Below are positions 1 through 10,308 of a DNA stretch of 64,000 bases, in pieces. Within the stretch, counting starts at the first letter, position 1, and every line of letters starts with the position of its first letter. The stretch lies in contig CAJTUA010000005.1 of NCBI GenBank assembly GCA_910579615.1, positions 132,135 through 196,134 on the forward strand, given 5' to 3'. The stretch comes from an uncultured Lachnospiraceae bacterium. Lineage in GTDB: Bacteria > Bacillota > Clostridia > Lachnospirales > Lachnospiraceae. Both the position numbers and the translations under genes were made by a program. The notes below the pieces were generated by a model that was not told the origin of the DNA, did not search any database, and worked only from the letters and a program-made list of their open reading frames with translations.

Positions 1-1
1 A

Positions 2-2173
2 TATTGGCTGCTCTCCTGCCTGGGCGGGGAGCAAAAGACAGAAGAAGAATCCGAAGATGACCTTACCTGTGGGGAATTCCGCGATTTGCTGTACGCATTT
101 TGCGTGCAAAAAGCCCTCGATTATGAGCAGATGGTCGGGAAGCTTCCGGAGCGCCTGTTCACCGTGCAGGAGAGCGACGCAATCTATCTTGCGGAATTTC
201 TTGGCATCTATGAAGAATTGCTTTCGGTGTGTATAAAACAGCAGGAGGAATCCGGGGAAGAGGGCGGAAAAATGCCGCAATACCGCGATTTTTATGTACT
301 GCTGCTCGAGAATGGGAAACTTTATGACGAGAAGGGGAAGACATACCAGTATGACCGCTGTGAGGATTACAGCGGGATTTTTGCGGAGGTTGCGGAACAA
401 TATCCGCTCAAGGATTCGGTTGCGGAAAATGCCGCGAAGCAAAAAGGGCAGCGCACAATGCTTGACTACAAAGACCGCACGGTGCGGGCACTTTGTTTTG
501 GCGGTGAGATTCTGTACATAAAAGAAGTGCTGGCGCAGACGGTAACCGTGCCGAATGTATGGGTTACCACGGCGGCGCAAAGCAAGCTTTCCGTATTTCT
601 GCACGGTTATTCCACGGAGTATGAGACCTTGCTTCCGCTTGCGCAGGGGTTTGAGAATACGGTCTGCGATTTAGAGCTTGAGAACGGAAAAGTTGCAGGG
701 ATAACCGTGAAGAAGGACGTGGTTCAGGGGAAAGTGCTGCTGACCTCGGAAAAAGAAATCGAACTGGAGGGTTACGGGAGACTGCCCCTCTCGGAGGATT
801 TCCGAATCTATAAAGTATACGGCGACCTCGCAATGGAGAAGACGAACCGGATTCTGGTCGGATATTCCATCACGGATTTTGTTGTGGAGGATGGGAAAAT
901 ATGCGCAGCGTTAATCAAGGAGAAAATCAAGGCGGATACCATACGCGTCCTGATAAATACAAGCGGGTATGAATCCTATTACCATGATTCGGTTTCTTTG
1001 ACCGCGGACCGGGAATTTACGGTGACAAGGGGCGGAAAGACCCGCACATACGGGGCGGGGGAAGAATTCCGCGTTGTGTTTGAGGACGAGAAAAAAAGCA
1101 CGGACCGCATCTGCATTGAGACGGTCGGCGGGGAGGGTAAGATTACGCTGCTCTCCGTGCAGCGCACATGCGGCAAGCCCGCCTACCGGGGCAGTATGGA
1201 GATTGTGGCCGCAAAGGACGGGCTGATTGTCGTCAATGAACTTTCGATGGAGGAATATCTGTATGCGGTGATTCCGAGCGAGATGCCGACCTCCTACGGG
1301 GATGAGGCGTTAAAAGTGCAGGCGGTCTGTGCGAGGAGCTATGCGTTCAACCAGTTGATGGCGAGCCGTTTCCGCGCCTACGGGGCGCATGTGGATGATA
1401 GCGTGAGCTGTCAGGTATACAATAATGTAGCGGAAAATGACGCATCGATTCTGGCAGTGAAGGAAACGTATGGTTTGGTGGCGGCATACGGCGGTTCCGT
1501 TATTACGGCGTACTATTTTTCAACTTCCTGCGGGCATACGGCAAGCTGTACGGATGTCTGGGAAGGCTCTAGCGCAGTTTCTTACCTGACAGGTTATCTG
1601 CAGAATGAAGAAAAAGAGAAAGTGGATTTTTCAGAGGAGGAAGCGTTCCGGGAGTTTATCCTGAAAGATACAATACAGACATACGACCGGGATTTTTCGT
1701 GGTACCGCTGGAGCGTGGAGCTGCCATACGAACAGTTGGAAAAACAGATGAAAAAGGCAACGGGGCTTGACACGGTCACAAAGGTTTCGGTAACGCAGCG
1801 GGGAAAAAGCGGGATTGCGCTGGAAGTTTCCGTGACCGGGAATAAGAAGGAGAACGGAAAAACGACGGAGCAGACGATTCCGATTCGCTACCAGACGGCA
1901 ATCCGGACGGCGTTTGCACCGAAAGAGACGGTACTTGTGCGTAAGGATGGCAGTGAGGTAAAAAATATGTCGTTACTGCCAAGTGCGTTTGTTGTGATGG
2001 ATGAGGTCAGGGAGAACGGGGAATTAAAGGCTCTTCGGCTTGTGGGCGGAGGTTACGGCCATGGAACCGGCATGAGCCAGAACGGTGTTAAGAAGATGGT
2101 TGAGACCGGAAAGAACTATGAGGAAATCATAGCGCATTATTACACCGGGACAGAATTGATTTTTTTATATTAG
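2..2173 (+). CDS. SpoIID/LytB-domain protein with long N-terminal extension; 5' end probably outside the window
   Basis: The frame is open from nt 2, with no in-frame ATG before the TTG at 86. The C-terminal ~300 aa carry SpoIID-type motifs (ALKVQAVCARSYA, AYYFSTSCGHT, GHGTGMSQNG). Confidence 0.85.
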   Translation, partial: YWLLSCLGGEQKTEEESEDDLTCGEFRDLLYAFCVQKALDYEQMVGKLPERLFTVQESDAIYLAEFLGIYEELLSVCIKQQEESGEEGGKMPQYRDFYVLLLENGKLYDEKGKTYQYDRCEDYSGIFAEVAEQYPLKDSVAENAAKQKGQRTMLDYKDRTVRALCFGGEILYIKEVLAQTVTVPNVWVTTAAQSKLSVFLHGYSTEYETLLPLAQGFENTVCDLELENGKVAGITVKKDVVQGKVLLTSEKEIELEGYGRLPLSEDFRIYKVYGDLAMEKTNRILVGYSITDFVVEDGKICAALIKEKIKADTIRVLINTSGYESYYHDSVSLTADREFTVTRGGKTRTYGAGEEFRVVFEDEKKSTDRICIETVGGEGKITLLSVQRTCGKPAYRGSMEIVAAKDGLIVVNELSMEEYLYAVIPSEMPTSYGDEALKVQAVCARSYAFNQLMASRFRAYGAHVDDSVSCQVYNNVAENDASILAVKETYGLVAAYGGSVITAYYFSTSCGHTASCTDVWEGSSAVSYLTGYLQNEEKEKVDFSEEEAFREFILKDTIQTYDRDFSWYRWSVELPYEQLEKQMKKATGLDTVTKVSVTQRGKSGIALEVSVTGNKKENGKTTEQTIPIRYQTAIRTAFAPKETVLVRKDGSEVKNMSLLPSAFVVMDEVRENGELKALRLVGGGYGHGTGMSQNGVKKMVETGKNYEEIIAHYYTGTELIFLY

Positions 2174-2197
2174 GCATGGATGCAGCCGGATATGGTT

Positions 2198-2249
2198 CCT
2201 GACAGGGGATTGCACGTAAAAAGGGTTTTGCGTGCAATCCCCTGTCAGG
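2198..2249. terminator. Bidirectional hairpin between convergent genes
   Basis: Perfect 19-bp inverted repeat CCTGACAGGGGATTGCACG / CGTGCAATCCCCTGTCAGG with a 14-nt loop. It lies between the SpoIID-domain gene (+) and the yihY-like gene (-). Confidence 0.7.
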
Positions 2250-2347
2250 AAAATGTAACCGGCGGCATCCTTTTGTTTTGCGGGAAATTGGATGTTATGG
2301 GGAATCCGATATTATGGGGAACTGGGGTTGTTAAGCTGGATGCAAGC

Positions 2348-3226
2348 TTAGGGGGTCCTTTTTTTCCTGCGCGCCCTGCGGTTTTCAAGGAGCTTGTGGA
2401 ATGCCTCGTGGATGACCGGGTTGGAAAAGACCTGGTTGAGCTCTGCGCCGATAAACATAATGTACATACACGAGTAAAACCAGAGCATGCACAGTACAAT
2501 TGCGGTCAGGCTGCCGTAAGTGGCGGAATAATTGCTGAAATTATCGATGTAGAACGAAAAAAGGTAGGAAAACCCAATCCAGCCTGCCGATGCGAGGATA
2601 GCGCCCGGAAGCTCAGCAAAAAAGGAAGATTTGCGGTTCGGCATTGTGATAAAAACGAGCGTGAAAAATAAAATCATCAGGCAGAAGCCCACAAGGGTGC
2701 GCACACTGATGATAAGCAGCGCCATCTCTGAGAGGATGGGGATGTGTTTGACGCAAAAAAGGTAAATCTGGTTGCCGAAGACGAAGAAAAAGAGAACCGC
2801 AATGATGAGTACGGCAAAAAGCAGCGTGTAGAGCGCCGCAAGGAGACGTGTCAGGAAATAATTGCGTTTGCCGTTGGAACGGTAGATGGCATCTAAGCCG
2901 CGCACAACGGAATAAAAACCCTTCGAGGCGGTCCACAGCGTTGCGATAACCGTAAGGGAGAGCACCGTGCCGCTTGATTTTTCCAGAAGCTCATCCAGAA
3001 TATCGGAAAGGTAGACCGCGATTGTTTCCGGAAAGACGGATTCAATTGTGGAAAGCAGCTCCGGTTTGGAAAACGGGAGATAGTTTAAAAGTGTCAGCAA
3101 AAACATAGCAAACGGAAAAACGGATATAATCAGGAAAAAAGCCGCCTGCGCGGAAAAGGCGCTGACATTATCGGAACTGAGTTTTTTTGAAAATGAATTG
3201 ATTAAACGCACCAGTGAACGTACCAT
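2348..3226 (-). CDS. YihY/BrkB-family integral membrane protein
   Basis: 292-aa polytopic protein with the family-typical N-terminus (SAQAAFFLIISVFPF) and C-terminal YGSL...LW.Y......GAELN signature. Confidence 0.85.
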   Translation of the reverse strand: MVRSLVRLINSFSKKLSSDNVSAFSAQAAFFLIISVFPFAMFLLTLLNYLPFSKPELLSTIESVFPETIAVYLSDILDELLEKSSGTVLSLTVIATLWTASKGFYSVVRGLDAIYRSNGKRNYFLTRLLAALYTLLFAVLIIAVLFFFVFGNQIYLFCVKHIPILSEMALLIISVRTLVGFCLMILFFTLVFITMPNRKSSFFAELPGAILASAGWIGFSYLFSFYIDNFSNYSATYGSLTAIVLCMLWFYSCMYIMFIGAELNQVFSNPVIHEAFHKLLENRRARRKKRTP

Positions 3227-3541
3227 TTGCTTTCTCCTGTTTTAAAATTCCGCAGAACCTGCTGTGTGCTGGCACCAGCGCAAGCAATTTCCCATCCGCC
3301 CCGCTTTTTGGGAACGGTTTTTGGATTCTGCTGTTTTGGGATTTGTGTGTTTTCCATTATTTTATCAGAAAAGTCCGGAAAAGTACAGCATTCTTTTGTG
3401 TATTTTTGGTGCTGTGGGCAGCGTTTTTTTGGGATGGGTACCTTTAGTATGGAAACTGGTACGCATAATTCGCAAAAAAGAGGGGATTTTAATAGAGAAT
3501 ATTTGGGCTTGTGAAGGTAAATGGAAAGGAGTGAGTGCAGC

Positions 3542-4576
3542 ATGGAAAAACAGGGGACGAAAGCACCCGGTAAGCAGAGTTTTTCCTTTGGGGGAGGTGT
3601 CTATGTTGGCGGCATCGCAAGTGTGGCAGGCAAATTAGAGAGCGAAGGACCGCTCGGGGCATTTTTTGACATAACGGGCGAGGATGATATGTTTGGAGGG
3701 AAAACATGGGAGGAAGCGGAAAGCAACATGCAGCTAGAAGCCGCCAGATACGCAATCAGCGATGCCGGGCTAAAGCCAGGTGATATCCGTTATATGGCAG
3801 GCGGTGATTTGCTTGGGCAGCTTATCGCGACAACTTTTGGCGTAGAAAAACTTGCAATCCCGCTTTTGGGCCTTTACGGCGCGTGTTCCACGATGGGGGA
3901 GGCGCTGCTTGCGGGCGCGGTTCTGGTGGATGGCGGATATGCAAAGCACGCGCTTGCCATCACCTCGAGCCATTTTGCCGGGGCGGAAAAGCAATTTCGC
4001 TTCCCGCTTGCCTACGGGAACCAGAGGCCGATGGCGGCAACATGGACGGTTACGGGGAGCGGCGCAGTAATCCTTTGTGCCGAAAAGGGAAAATACAAGG
4101 TACGCCTTGCGGAAGCGACCATGGGGCGCGTGATTGACTATGGCGTGAAAGATTCCATGAATATGGGGGCGTGCATGGCTCCGGCGGCGTGCGATACGAT
4201 TTACCAGCATTTTGAGGATTTTGGCAGGAAGCCGCAGGATTATGATAAGATTGTTACCGGGGACCTTGGTGTTGTCGGAAAGGAAATCCTGCTTGCATTG
4301 CTGCAGGAGAAAGGGTACGACATCTCGGGGCAGCATATGGACTGCGGCATCGAAATCTATGATGCTGCCACGCAGAAGACGGATGCGGGGGGCAGTGGCT
4401 GTGGGTGTTCTGCAATTACGCTGACGGGGTATCTTATGAAGAAAATATCGGAAGGCGTGTTAAAGCGTATACTTTTTGTGCCAACGGGGGCCCTGTTGTC
4501 CACCGTCAGCTTTAATGAGGGGAACAGTGTGCCGGGAATTGCACACGCGATTGTCTTAGAGCACTGCGGGAATTAG
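3542..4576 (+). CDS. spoVAD: Stage V sporulation protein AD
   Basis: Thiolase/KAS-like fold protein with a SpoVAD-type N-terminus (GKQSFSF...VAGKLESEGPLG). I prefer the second ATG (3542), which follows AAGGAG; the track ORF starts at 3521. Confidence 0.9.
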   Translation: MEKQGTKAPGKQSFSFGGGVYVGGIASVAGKLESEGPLGAFFDITGEDDMFGGKTWEEAESNMQLEAARYAISDAGLKPGDIRYMAGGDLLGQLIATTFGVEKLAIPLLGLYGACSTMGEALLAGAVLVDGGYAKHALAITSSHFAGAEKQFRFPLAYGNQRPMAATWTVTGSGAVILCAEKGKYKVRLAEATMGRVIDYGVKDSMNMGACMAPAACDTIYQHFEDFGRKPQDYDKIVTGDLGVVGKEILLALLQEKGYDISGQHMDCGIEIYDAATQKTDAGGSGCGCSAITLTGYLMKKISEGVLKRILFVPTGALLSTVSFNEGNSVPGIAHAIVLEHCGN

Positions 4577-4665
4577 GAAGGAAAGGGTTCTGCAAAGCTT
4601 GGTGCAAAAAGACCAACGATTCAAAATCAGGCAGAGAATGGAATCTGCAAAAAGGAGTACGGAAA

Positions 4666-5025
4666 ATGGATTATCTGATAGCATTTTTGGTGGGTGGTGC
4701 AATCTGCGCGCTTGTGCAGATTTTGATGGATATGACAAAGCTGCTTCCGGGCAGGATTATGGTGATGCTTGTCTGTATGGGAGCCCTGCTCTCGGCGGTA
4801 GGAATTTATAAACCGTTTTCTGAGTGGGCGGGCGCGGGGGCAACCGTTCCGCTGGCAGGCTTTGGGAATATGTTGTTCCAGGGCGTAAAAAAAGCGGTTG
4901 ATACGGATGGTTTTCTTGGGCTGTTCAGGGGCGGGCTCACGGAAACCGCAGTCGGCATTTCCGGGGCATTGCTGCTTGGTTACCTGGCGGCGCTTATTTT
5001 TAAATCAAAGCCGAAGCTGCCGTAA
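4666..5025 (+). CDS. spoVAE: Stage V sporulation protein AE (SpoVAEB-type, 119 aa)
   Basis: Close match by eye to SpoVAEB (FLVGGAIC...AGAGATVP...FGN). AAGGAG lies 8 nt upstream of the ATG. Confidence 0.9.
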   Translation: MDYLIAFLVGGAICALVQILMDMTKLLPGRIMVMLVCMGALLSAVGIYKPFSEWAGAGATVPLAGFGNMLFQGVKKAVDTDGFLGLFRGGLTETAVGISGALLLGYLAALIFKSKPKLP

Positions 5026-5075
5026 TTTATGGAAATTTTTCATGGCCGCATTTCATCAAATATCCCATTTACAAA

Positions 5076-5106
5076 ACGCAGGATGTGTGCACATCCTGCG
5101 TTTTTG
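5076..5106 (+). terminator. Rho-independent terminator after spoVAE
   Basis: ACGCAGGATGTG..CACATCCTGCGT (12-bp arms) followed by a T-run. Confidence 0.7.
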
Positions 5107-5307
5107 CACCATAATGCATAAAAAGAAAGACATAGATTAGTTTTTCATTAAAATGAAGAGAAGGAATTGAAAAAGAAAGATTATTGTAGTATTATAATTT
5201 GCGGAGCTAAGATATGTCTAAAAACAGCCCCAACAGAAAAAGTACAGGCTGCGCGGCGAGATGAAACGCAAACATGTCTGTACAATAAAGTATGACAGGA
5301 GGATTGT

Positions 5308-6246
5308 ATGGCATTAATAGTAGATGGATTGGTGAAAAAGTATGGTGAAAAAACCGTTGTTGACCATTTGAGCTTTTCGATGGAAAAACCGGGTGTGTAC
5401 GCGCTGCTTGGGACGAACGGCGCGGGGAAGACAACCTCCATCCGCATCATCCTTGGGATGCTTGCAAGCGATGAGGGGAAGGTGACCTGGAAAGGTGCGC
5501 CGCTTGACCCGGTGAGTGCGAACATCGGCTACCTGGCGGAGGAGCGCGGGCTTTACCCGAAGTATTCGCTGCTTGACCAGCTTCTTTATTTCGCGAAGCT
5601 GAAAAAAGTGGGCAAGAAAGAAGCGATGGAGCGCATCAAATACTGGGCGGAGCGACTGGAAGTGACAGAGTACATTTTCCCGCCTGCCACAAAGGGGAAA
5701 AGGAAATCGAAGGCCAACCGTGCCGACCAGCTTTCCAAGGGAAATCAGCAGAAGATTCAGCTGATGGCGGCGCTGATATCCGACCCGGAGCTTTTGGTGC
5801 TGGATGAGCCGTTAAGCGGCCTTGACCCGGTCAATACGGATCTCTTTAAGAGCATTATCCGCGAGGAAATCGGCAAAAACAAATTCCTGATTATGTCGAG
5901 CCACCAGATGCCGGTGATTGAGGAATTCTGCTCCGACATCACAATTTTAACCAGGGGGAAATCCGTCCTGACCGGAAACTTAAACGAGATTAAAAAGAGC
6001 TACGGCAGGGTGAACCTCTTTGTAAAATGCGAGGGGGACATTGAGCGCTATATCAACCAGTTCGGTTTAAAGATAGAGAACCGCACGCCGGAGGAATACC
6101 ACTTAAAAGTGCAGGATGAGGCGCAGGCAATGGCATTCCTTGGCCGCCTGGTGCAAGAGCAGGTGACGGTTATCCGTTTTGAGCTGCGTGAGCCGTCGCT
6201 GCATGAAATCTTTGTTGAAAAGGTAGGAGGCGCACATGAAGAATAG
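5308..6246 (+). CDS. ABC transporter ATP-binding protein (ABC-2/NatA-like)
   Basis: Walker A GTNGAGKTT, degenerate signature LSKGNQQK and Walker B LLVLDEP. AGGAGG RBS. Confidence 0.9.
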   Translation: MALIVDGLVKKYGEKTVVDHLSFSMEKPGVYALLGTNGAGKTTSIRIILGMLASDEGKVTWKGAPLDPVSANIGYLAEERGLYPKYSLLDQLLYFAKLKKVGKKEAMERIKYWAERLEVTEYIFPPATKGKRKSKANRADQLSKGNQQKIQLMAALISDPELLVLDEPLSGLDPVNTDLFKSIIREEIGKNKFLIMSSHQMPVIEEFCSDITILTRGKSVLTGNLNEIKKSYGRVNLFVKCEGDIERYINQFGLKIENRTPEEYHLKVQDEAQAMAFLGRLVQEQVTVIRFELREPSLHEIFVEKVGGAHEE

Positions 6247-7558
6247 GCTTTCCGGATGGAAGGATGTATTTTCATTCACGCTGACGCAGACCTTAAAAAG
6301 CAAGGCGTTCATTGCATCCTTTATCATTATGGCACTTCTCGCCCTGGTCGCATCGCCTGTGATGAGCATGTTATCTGCCACGGACGGGGAGAATGAGAAT
6401 TACACGATTACAAAAATGTATGTATATGATGAGACCGGATATTTTGACGCGGACACCGTAAGCGGGATGCTAAAAGCGGGCGGATGGTCGGTGGCGGTTG
6501 ACATGGGCGGGGCGGCGATGGGCAGCGAAGCCTATGAGGCGCTCTGCGCGCGCGTCGATGAGACAGAAACAAGCGCCGTACTGCTGTCGGTAACTGCGGC
6601 GTTAGGATCTGTGGAGCTGTTTTTGGAATATTCCGGGAATGGGGAGATTGAAAAATCAGAGATTACGGCATTTGAGGAAGTGCTCTACGCAGCCTTTGAG
6701 GAATGCCGCTATAATGCGCTTGGGGTAGATGACCCTCAGAGAGAGCTTTTGTCCGCACAGATTGAAACAAGCATTGCCTATGCGGATTTTGACGGCAATG
6801 TATCGACGGATGAAGATACTTCCATTTCAGGCTTTGAGTATGGTTTTTTGTATGCACTGCTATTTGTCGGCATGATGATTTGCATGATGGCAGGTACACA
6901 GGTGGCGACTTCGGTCGTGGTGGAGAAATCTTCTAAGGTGGTGGAATATCTTCTGACTTCCATCAAACCGCTCGCCATTATTGTCGGCAAGGTATTGGCA
7001 ATGCTCTGCGTGGTCATGACGGAGGTTGTCGGGCTGATTGTCGTTTTTGCTGTCTCCAATGCCATTACCGGGCACAGAACCGGGGAAAATATGCTGGCAC
7101 AGATTGTCTCGCCGGAAATATTGAGCCAGTTAAACCCGCTTAATATTGTGCTTGGGCTTCTTTTCATTGCGCTCGGCATGGTTTTTTATGCGACATTAGC
7201 AGGGCTTGCCGGGGCGACGGTCAGCCGGATGGAGGAGATGGGCGAGGGGCTTACCATGTTTACCATCTCGATGCTCGTCGGTCTTTATATTGGCATTGGT
7301 GCGGCGAGTTCCCTGCTGAGTGCGGGTGATAATCCGTTTGCGGTTTTCGCGATGCTTTTCCCGCTTTCCTCCCCGTTTTTGGTGCCGGGCGCGATTGTGA
7401 TTGGGAAGGCGCCGGTGTGGATTGTCGCGGTGGCATTTGTGCTTTTGGTTGCCCTGATTGCGCTCCTGTTCTGGTTTGTGGCAAGGGTTTATGAAGCGCT
7501 GATTGTTTACAACGGCAACCGGATTGGAATCAAGCAGCTTTTTAAGATGAAAAGCTAG
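6236..7558 (+). CDS. ABC-2 family permease (NatB-like), copy 1
   Basis: N-terminal TM, ~170-aa extracytoplasmic segment, then a C-terminal multi-TM block. Its start overlaps the ATPase stop by 11 nt. Confidence 0.8.
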   Translation: MKNRLSGWKDVFSFTLTQTLKSKAFIASFIIMALLALVASPVMSMLSATDGENENYTITKMYVYDETGYFDADTVSGMLKAGGWSVAVDMGGAAMGSEAYEALCARVDETETSAVLLSVTAALGSVELFLEYSGNGEIEKSEITAFEEVLYAAFEECRYNALGVDDPQRELLSAQIETSIAYADFDGNVSTDEDTSISGFEYGFLYALLFVGMMICMMAGTQVATSVVVEKSSKVVEYLLTSIKPLAIIVGKVLAMLCVVMTEVVGLIVVFAVSNAITGHRTGENMLAQIVSPEILSQLNPLNIVLGLLFIALGMVFYATLAGLAGATVSRMEEMGEGLTMFTISMLVGLYIGIGAASSLLSAGDNPFAVFAMLFPLSSPFLVPGAIVIGKAPVWIVAVAFVLLVALIALLFWFVARVYEALIVYNGNRIGIKQLFKMKS

Positions 7559-7573
7559 GAATGGAGGAATATT

Positions 7574-8902
7574 GTGAAAGAGAGTCGTTTTCGTGGGTGG
7601 AAGGATGTGTTTTCTTTTACGTTCCGCCAGATGACAAAAAAGAAGGGATACAAGGCAGTGACGGCGGTGGTTGCGGTGCTGCTGGTTGTGGCGTTGGTTC
7701 TGGTGGTTGTAATCACAGGAAAGCCGGATGAAAAAGAAGTGGAGAAATCCGGAATCCAGACCGTTTATGTCGCAGGTGAATTTGGTGTGGACTACGCGCA
7801 GATGCTTGCCCTGCTTGACAAGGAAGCCTTTTTGGATGTGGATTTTAAGCAGGTGGCAGACTACGATGCCGCAAAAAAGGCATCCGAGGGCGAGGCGCAG
7901 GGAAATTCCTATGTGATTGTTGAGGTAAGCTATGAGGATGCCACATTCTATATGAATGGGATTTTGCCGGCAAATTCATCGGCAGGAAAAAGCGAAGCGG
8001 AAGACTTGCTCGCCGCGATGTCGGAGTGCTTTGAGTACGCGAAGGTTGGCATGGCGAACCTGAGCGAGGCGCAGGTGGTGGCGCTGGTTATGCCGATTGT
8101 GGCGAGTGACGGAAAAATCGGTGAGGACCACAGCATCGGTGCGATGTTAGTCCGGCTGATGGCACCGATGATTTTTGGGCTGACACTCTACATGATGCTG
8201 ATTTTTTATGGGCAGGATGTCAGCCGCGAGGTTTCGATGGAGAAGGTTTCAAAGCTTACAGAAACACTGCTTACATCCATCAAGCCTTACGCGATGATTA
8301 CCGGGAAGGTGCTTGCGGTGGCACTGGCAGGAATTTTACAGTTTTTCTTCTGGATTGTGTGCGCGGTGGCTGGTCTTGTCATCGGGAACATGATAGCAAA
8401 TTCCATGTATCCGGGCTATGAAAATGTGATTTTTAAGGCGCTTGACTATGTGCGGGAGACGTACAACACATCGGCGTTTTCCCCGGCAGCAGCCCTGCTT
8501 GCGGCATTGATTTTTGTGGTCGGCTTTTTGTTCTACAGCGTGCTTGCGGGCGTGGCAGGCAGCCTGGTCGCAAAACCTGAGGATGCCGCGCAGGTGCAGA
8601 ACATTTTCCAGTTCCCGGTTATCATCAGTTTCTTTGCGTGCTATTTCGGTATCCTTTTGGAGAAGGACGCACTGATTGCCGCGACGAGATTCATTCCGTT
8701 TACGATTCCGTTCGGCATGCCGTGTGACCTTTTGACCGGGACGGCGAGTATTTTGCAGGGCGTGGTTTCGCTTGCCATCCTGCTGATATTTTCGGTGCTC
8801 TGCATTGTTGTTTCCGGCAAGGTGTACGAGGGGCTGATTTTGTACAACGGGCAGAGGATGAACTTGAAAAAGCTTGTGAATGTCCTCCGGGCAAAAAAAT
8901 AA
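7574..8902 (+). CDS. ABC-2 family permease (NatB-like), copy 2 (tandem paralog)
   Basis: Same architecture and a similar N-terminus to copy 1 (RFRGWKDVFSFTFRQ vs RLSGWKDVFSFTLTQ). GTG start 6 nt after GGAGGA. Confidence 0.8.
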   Translation: MKESRFRGWKDVFSFTFRQMTKKKGYKAVTAVVAVLLVVALVLVVVITGKPDEKEVEKSGIQTVYVAGEFGVDYAQMLALLDKEAFLDVDFKQVADYDAAKKASEGEAQGNSYVIVEVSYEDATFYMNGILPANSSAGKSEAEDLLAAMSECFEYAKVGMANLSEAQVVALVMPIVASDGKIGEDHSIGAMLVRLMAPMIFGLTLYMMLIFYGQDVSREVSMEKVSKLTETLLTSIKPYAMITGKVLAVALAGILQFFFWIVCAVAGLVIGNMIANSMYPGYENVIFKALDYVRETYNTSAFSPAAALLAALIFVVGFLFYSVLAGVAGSLVAKPEDAAQVQNIFQFPVIISFFACYFGILLEKDALIAATRFIPFTIPFGMPCDLLTGTASILQGVVSLAILLIFSVLCIVVSGKVYEGLILYNGQRMNLKKLVNVLRAKK

Positions 8903-8918
8903 AAAAGACTTTTTGGTC

Positions 8919-8964
8919 AAAAACCCCTGCAGGGTACCGGTTGCGGTATTTTGCAGGGGTTTTG
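8919..8964 (+). terminator. Rho-independent terminator after the ABC-2 operon
   Basis: AAAAACCCCTGCA ... TGCAGGGGTTTT with an inner TACCG/CGGTA stem. Confidence 0.7.
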
Positions 8965-9150
8965 CTCGTATGGCTGTGGGAGATATTTTTTGTTTGGGCG
9001 GAAATGAGAGGGAGGCAAGGAGGTACTTGAATTCTCCACTGCGTTTTGGTACAATGGTTTTATGGAATGTGACAAAAAACGGGAAAATATTGAAACGGGG
9101 GTTTTACAATCCTTCGCTCGGATATTTTTGCAAAAGGGAAGGTGGGAGAA

Positions 9151-10251
9151 ATGAAAATCATCCATTGTGCAGACCTGCATTTTGATTCGAAACTGAATGC
9201 AAACTTAGAGAAAGAAAGCGCAAAACAGCGCAAGGCGGAAATTCTGCATACCTTTGCGCGCATGGTCGCATATGCCGCGGACAATGAAGTAAAAGCCATT
9301 CTGATTGCCGGGGATTTGTTTGACACGAAAAATACTTCCGCGACCGCAAGAAATGCTTTTCTCCATGAGATGCTACAGCATCCGGACATAAATTTTTACT
9401 ATCTGCGGGGAAACCATGACCAGGATATTTTTCTGTTTGAAAGGGATGAGCTTCCGCAAAATCTCAGGACCTTTGACGCGCAGTGGAAGACTTACACGGA
9501 GGAGGAAGGGAAGATAACGATTTCCGGAATTGAATTCCCGGCGCAGGATACGGATTCCGTTTATCTTGCGTGCGCGCCGGACGCGGAAAAATTTAACATT
9601 GTTATGCTGCACGGACAGGAGGGGACGGGCAGCGCAAAGGACCGGACGGAAATCATCAACCTGAAGGCGCTGCGCAACAAAGGGATTGATTACATAGCCC
9701 TCGGCCATGTCCATGCCTACAAAAAGGAAACGCTCGATGCGCGCGGGGTTTATTGTTATTGTGGATGCCTGGAGGGCAGAGGATTTGACGAGTGCGGGGA
9801 GCACGGTTTCGTGCTGTTGGATGTGGACGCGCAAAGCGGGAAATATACGCATACATTCGTCCCGTTTGCGAAAAGAAGGCTCTATGCGGTGGAAGCGGAT
9901 GTGACGGGCTGCCTTACCACGGCCGAAATGGCAGAAAAGGCCAGGCAGGCTTTGGCGGCGGCAGGCTGCGGGAAAGATGATTTGATAAAAATTGTTTTAA
10001 AGGGAATGGTGGATGTCGCGTGTGAAAAAGATATCGTCTATTTCCAGGCGCGTTTTGCGTCCGATTTCTATTTTGTGAAGGTCTGTGATGAGACAACGCT
10101 GTTGGTCGATGTTGAAGATTATATGCGGGATGCATCCCTGAAAGGGGAATTTGTGCGTCAGGTGATGGAGGATGAATCCATACCGAAAGAGGATAAAAAG
10201 ACCATAATCCGCTATGGCCTGCAGGCAATTGCGGGGGAGGAAATCCAGTAG
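9151..10251 (+). CDS. SbcD/Mre11-like metallophosphoesterase (YhaO-type DNA repair exonuclease)
   Basis: MKIIHCADLHFDS, GDLFD, GNHD and LGHVH calcineurin-like motifs. I prefer the ATG at 9151 to the GTG at 9142. Confidence 0.85.
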   Translation: MKIIHCADLHFDSKLNANLEKESAKQRKAEILHTFARMVAYAADNEVKAILIAGDLFDTKNTSATARNAFLHEMLQHPDINFYYLRGNHDQDIFLFERDELPQNLRTFDAQWKTYTEEEGKITISGIEFPAQDTDSVYLACAPDAEKFNIVMLHGQEGTGSAKDRTEIINLKALRNKGIDYIALGHVHAYKKETLDARGVYCYCGCLEGRGFDECGEHGFVLLDVDAQSGKYTHTFVPFAKRRLYAVEADVTGCLTTAEMAEKARQALAAAGCGKDDLIKIVLKGMVDVACEKDIVYFQARFASDFYFVKVCDETTLLVDVEDYMRDASLKGEFVRQVMEDESIPKEDKKTIIRYGLQAIAGEEIQ

Positions 10252-10308
10252 GGGAAAGCTTTTATTTTTTATCCATGGAAAATATCCGGGTGGAAAAGGA
10301 GGGGGAGT

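Noticed and set aside
2180-2671. 163-aa plus-strand ORF
   Set aside because: It overlaps the terminator hairpin and is antisense to the yihY-like gene. No RBS and no motifs.
3440-3520. Possible sigma-F/sigma-G promoter upstream of spoVAD (GCATA ... GGGGATTTTAATA)
   Set aside because: Neither the spacing nor the -10 fits the GCATR-N15-GGHRARHTX or GHATR-N18-CATXHTA consensus well enough to call.
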